Assembly (NCBI GenBank): GCA_043228905.1
Contig: JBHGNT010000013.1
Coordinates: forward strand, 682,001 to 746,000
Source: Azolla caroliniana
Taxonomy: Eukaryota > Plantae > Polypodiophyta
Reading direction: 5' to 3'
DNA length: 64,000 bases
The notes beneath the pieces are model-generated. The model was not told the DNA's origin, did not search any database, and saw nothing but the letters and a program-made list of their open reading frames with translations. This document shows, piece after piece, positions 61,534-64,000 of this stretch; within the stretch, counting starts at the first letter, position 1, and every line of letters begins with the position of its first letter. The position numbers and the translations under genes were made by a program.

Positions 61534-62660
61534 TGTCGCGGAAATCCGCACGCGTGTGTTGGATCAGGCGGGCCCACCGAGGTTATGGACCGTGGAGAGA
61601 TGGATACCAGAAGGCCATTTTCTCTAGGGCCGGTTACACCAGTTGTGGCACCAACTGGGATGATTCCGAATGCAAGCCGGAAGCAACCGGTCCGTACAGA
61701 TGCGGATGGGTCCGGATGTGTTCCGGAAGCAACCGAATTAAAGATAGTCAGAGCACACATACGCACACCAGCTCTCACACCCTCTTATGTACAGAAAAGG
61801 GAAGAGCAAAAATCACGCGGCCCGACTAGGACCCGATATATACAAAAGGACGAGTCTCCGGACCGAAAAGAGGAGACACGTCGTGACACAGAATGACTCA
61901 ACACACACACAGCACAAGCGCACCCGGATAGGACGAAAACCCAAAGACACCAACACAGACATATGCACACCGAATTTTTCTCATATATATTTACAAGGGA
62001 CACAAGTTACAATGCCGGCCTCAAGCCGGTCCAATTCCAAAGGGGCACAGGGGTTGTCTACAGGCAAACTTCAATCGGGGAGCACTCTGGGGCTCGCCTA
62101 CGCGAGTGGACGCCTTGCGCTGGAGACGGTCCTCGTACCAGAACACCACAACTACCTGCCAAGACACCAATCGGGGAGCACGTTGCTCGCCATGCCGAGT
62201 GGGGTCTTGCACAGAAGACAGAATAGTGAACCAGAACCCTCAGAATACAGGAACTCCGAACCACGCAACCCTAACAGAAAGGAAACACCGAACCCTAGTA
62301 TACGAAACTAACAAGATTCAACTCAAAAAGAGAAACCCAACCCATATGGCGACGGCGAAGAAGACCTAAATGAAAGCCTAAAACGAAATAGAGTGAAGAA
62401 GACCAAAGTAGAAACCCTAAGGAATAAAAGAAGAAGAAGAGAAAACTATCAAACCCTAGATCTAACGGTACACCCTCCTAACTCAAAATGGGCGACCCCT
62501 TCACAAGAGACCCCTCCCTCCTTTTATAGTCCAAGGAGGCAAGGACGTTACAATGTGGGATAAATATCCCCTATTATTTTATATACATTCCCTAACATAC
62601 ATGTGCACATGTTGCACATCGACGACTTTGCCCATTCCATCCGGTTTTCTCACTATAGAA
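61534..62660 (-). mobile_element. Solo-LTR-like copy (G) of the E family, inverted
   Basis: The reverse complement shares TTTATCCCA.ATTGTA, CTATAAAAGGA.GG, CCCATTTTGAGTT and terminal CGCGACA with 39444-40298. No TSD found. Confidence 0.75.
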
Positions 62661-62680
62661 GGAGGAAAAGACAAAAACAG

Positions 62681-63562
62681 GGGGAGACAAGAAGAAATAG
62701 GGAGCCAACTCGATTGAAGAAGTTGGCACATCTGATAAAGTCAGAACAAGCAGTGAGGGCAGTAGAGTTAAGAAGGACAAAGCCGACCAGAGGAAGAAGC
62801 CCAAGACCTGGACATATTCTAATGTGGTGAAGGGACTGACGGTTGAGGACAAATTGGAGACAGCCAATTCGTCCAAGAGCTGGAACAAATCGAATGCACC
62901 CGATTTGGAAGAGGTGTTTGATTCAAAGGAACTGAATTGACTGGAGGCCAAATGGACTAGAAGGTAGCAAAGGTACCGCGACAGGGAGGGAGCTGACAAG
63001 GGCCTTACGAGCGGACAAGCTAACCGAAAGGGTCGAGATGCGCGGAACCCAAGGGGTCGAAAAGCGAAGGCCCAAAGGGGTCGAGGAACACAGAACCGAA
63101 CCAGATGAGGAGCGTGAGCAAGGGGAGACAAGAAGAAATAGGGAGCCAACTCGATTGAAGAAGTTGGCACATCTGATAAAGTCAGAACAAGCAGTGAGGG
63201 CAGTAGAGTTAAGAAGGACAAAGCCGACCAGAGGAAGAAGCCCAAGACCTGGACATATTCTAATGTGGTGAAGGGCCTGACGGTTGAGGACAAATTGGAG
63301 ACAGCCAATTCGTCCAAGAGCTGGAACAAATCGAATGCACCCGATTTGGAAGAGGTGTTTGATTCAAAGGAACCGAATTGACTGGAGGCCAAATGGACTA
63401 GAAGGTAGCAAAGGTACCGCGACAGGGAGGGAGCTGACAAGGGCCTTACGAGCGGACAAGCTAACCGAAAGGGTCGAGATGCGCGGAACCCAAGGGGTCG
63501 AAAAGCGAAGGCCCAAAGGGGTCGAGGAACACAGAACCGAACCAGATGAGGAGCGTGAGCAA
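62681..63562. repeat. Near-perfect 441-bp tandem duplication in the Copia D-family 3' region
   Basis: GGGGAGACAAGAAGAAATAGGG at 62681 and 63122. Two substitutions seen. Confidence 0.92.
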
Positions 63563-64000
63563 GCTCAACTTGGGCTGGATCAGCTGAAGAAACGGAGACC
63601 CAGATCGGATTGGACCAATCGGTTAGGCCCGGATCGGCTGAAGAAGCAAGGGGCCGAATTGGTGGGAACCGAAAGGTCGTTGGAAAGATATTTCGCGAAG
63701 GAATATATTTGGGAGTTAGTGTAGGGGCTCACTTATGAGCATTCAAGTACTGATGGTACTTGTGTCAGTCCTTTTAAGGACTTGTATAAAAGTGCTCTCT
63801 GAGCACATTCGATATGAGTTTATGTTCTGCTCTCTCTGTCTCTCCCATATACTCTCTGTGCATTTTAAGCTTTCCATTAAACCTGCGTATTGTATGTTGT
63901 TGTCCGGCTGAGCTGGTTGTGTCGACGCTTCCGCATATAACTTTTTCAACCTTCCCTCTGAAGGAACACACTTCCAATTACTTCTTCTGAGTAACCAGAC
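63563..64000 (+). mobile_element. Copia D-family LTR running off the window end
   Basis: Homologous to 36600-36960, including TATGAGCATT.AAGTACT and TTGTATAAAAGTGCTC. Confidence 0.7.

Noticed and set aside
62592-63440. 282-aa minus-strand ORF with internal repeat
   Set aside because: It is the antisense reading of a GA-rich duplicated region (441 bp is a multiple of 3) and has no domain signal.

Overview
Plant genomic DNA, probably from a non-seed lineage (inferred from the TE lineages and TTTAGGG repeats), made almost entirely of nested retrotransposons with no confidently identified host gene. The core is a TSD-verified nest: a degenerate Copia is interrupted by Ty3/Gypsy element A (10391-36380, minus, TSD AAGGC), which contains related Gypsy B (20401-35634, plus, TSD TGGGT), which contains intact Copia C (25459-30854, minus, TSD GAAAC, LTRs identical by eye). 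The window also holds a young self-priming chromovirus (48748-54682, TSD TAGTC), tRNA-Trp-primed Gypsy remnants, RTEX-like LINEs, a palindromic 111-bp satellite with a telomeric insert, minisatellites and a probable hAT end. The most notable observation is that A and B have unrelated LTRs but both lack a polypurine tract. In its place each has the same 19-mer, CTGTCCCACGGGCGTGCCA, which resembles the 3' end of tRNA-Arg(UCU) including CCA. It ends exactly 2 nt before the 3' LTR and is preceded by a T-arm-like GGGTYCGA and a covarying hairpin. This suggests plus-strand priming by a second tRNA or a tRNA mimic. Two chromovirus LTR families also carry antisense tRNA-like A/B-box cassettes in U3. 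All alignments were done by eye, and tRNA and clade assignments are recalled, not searched.
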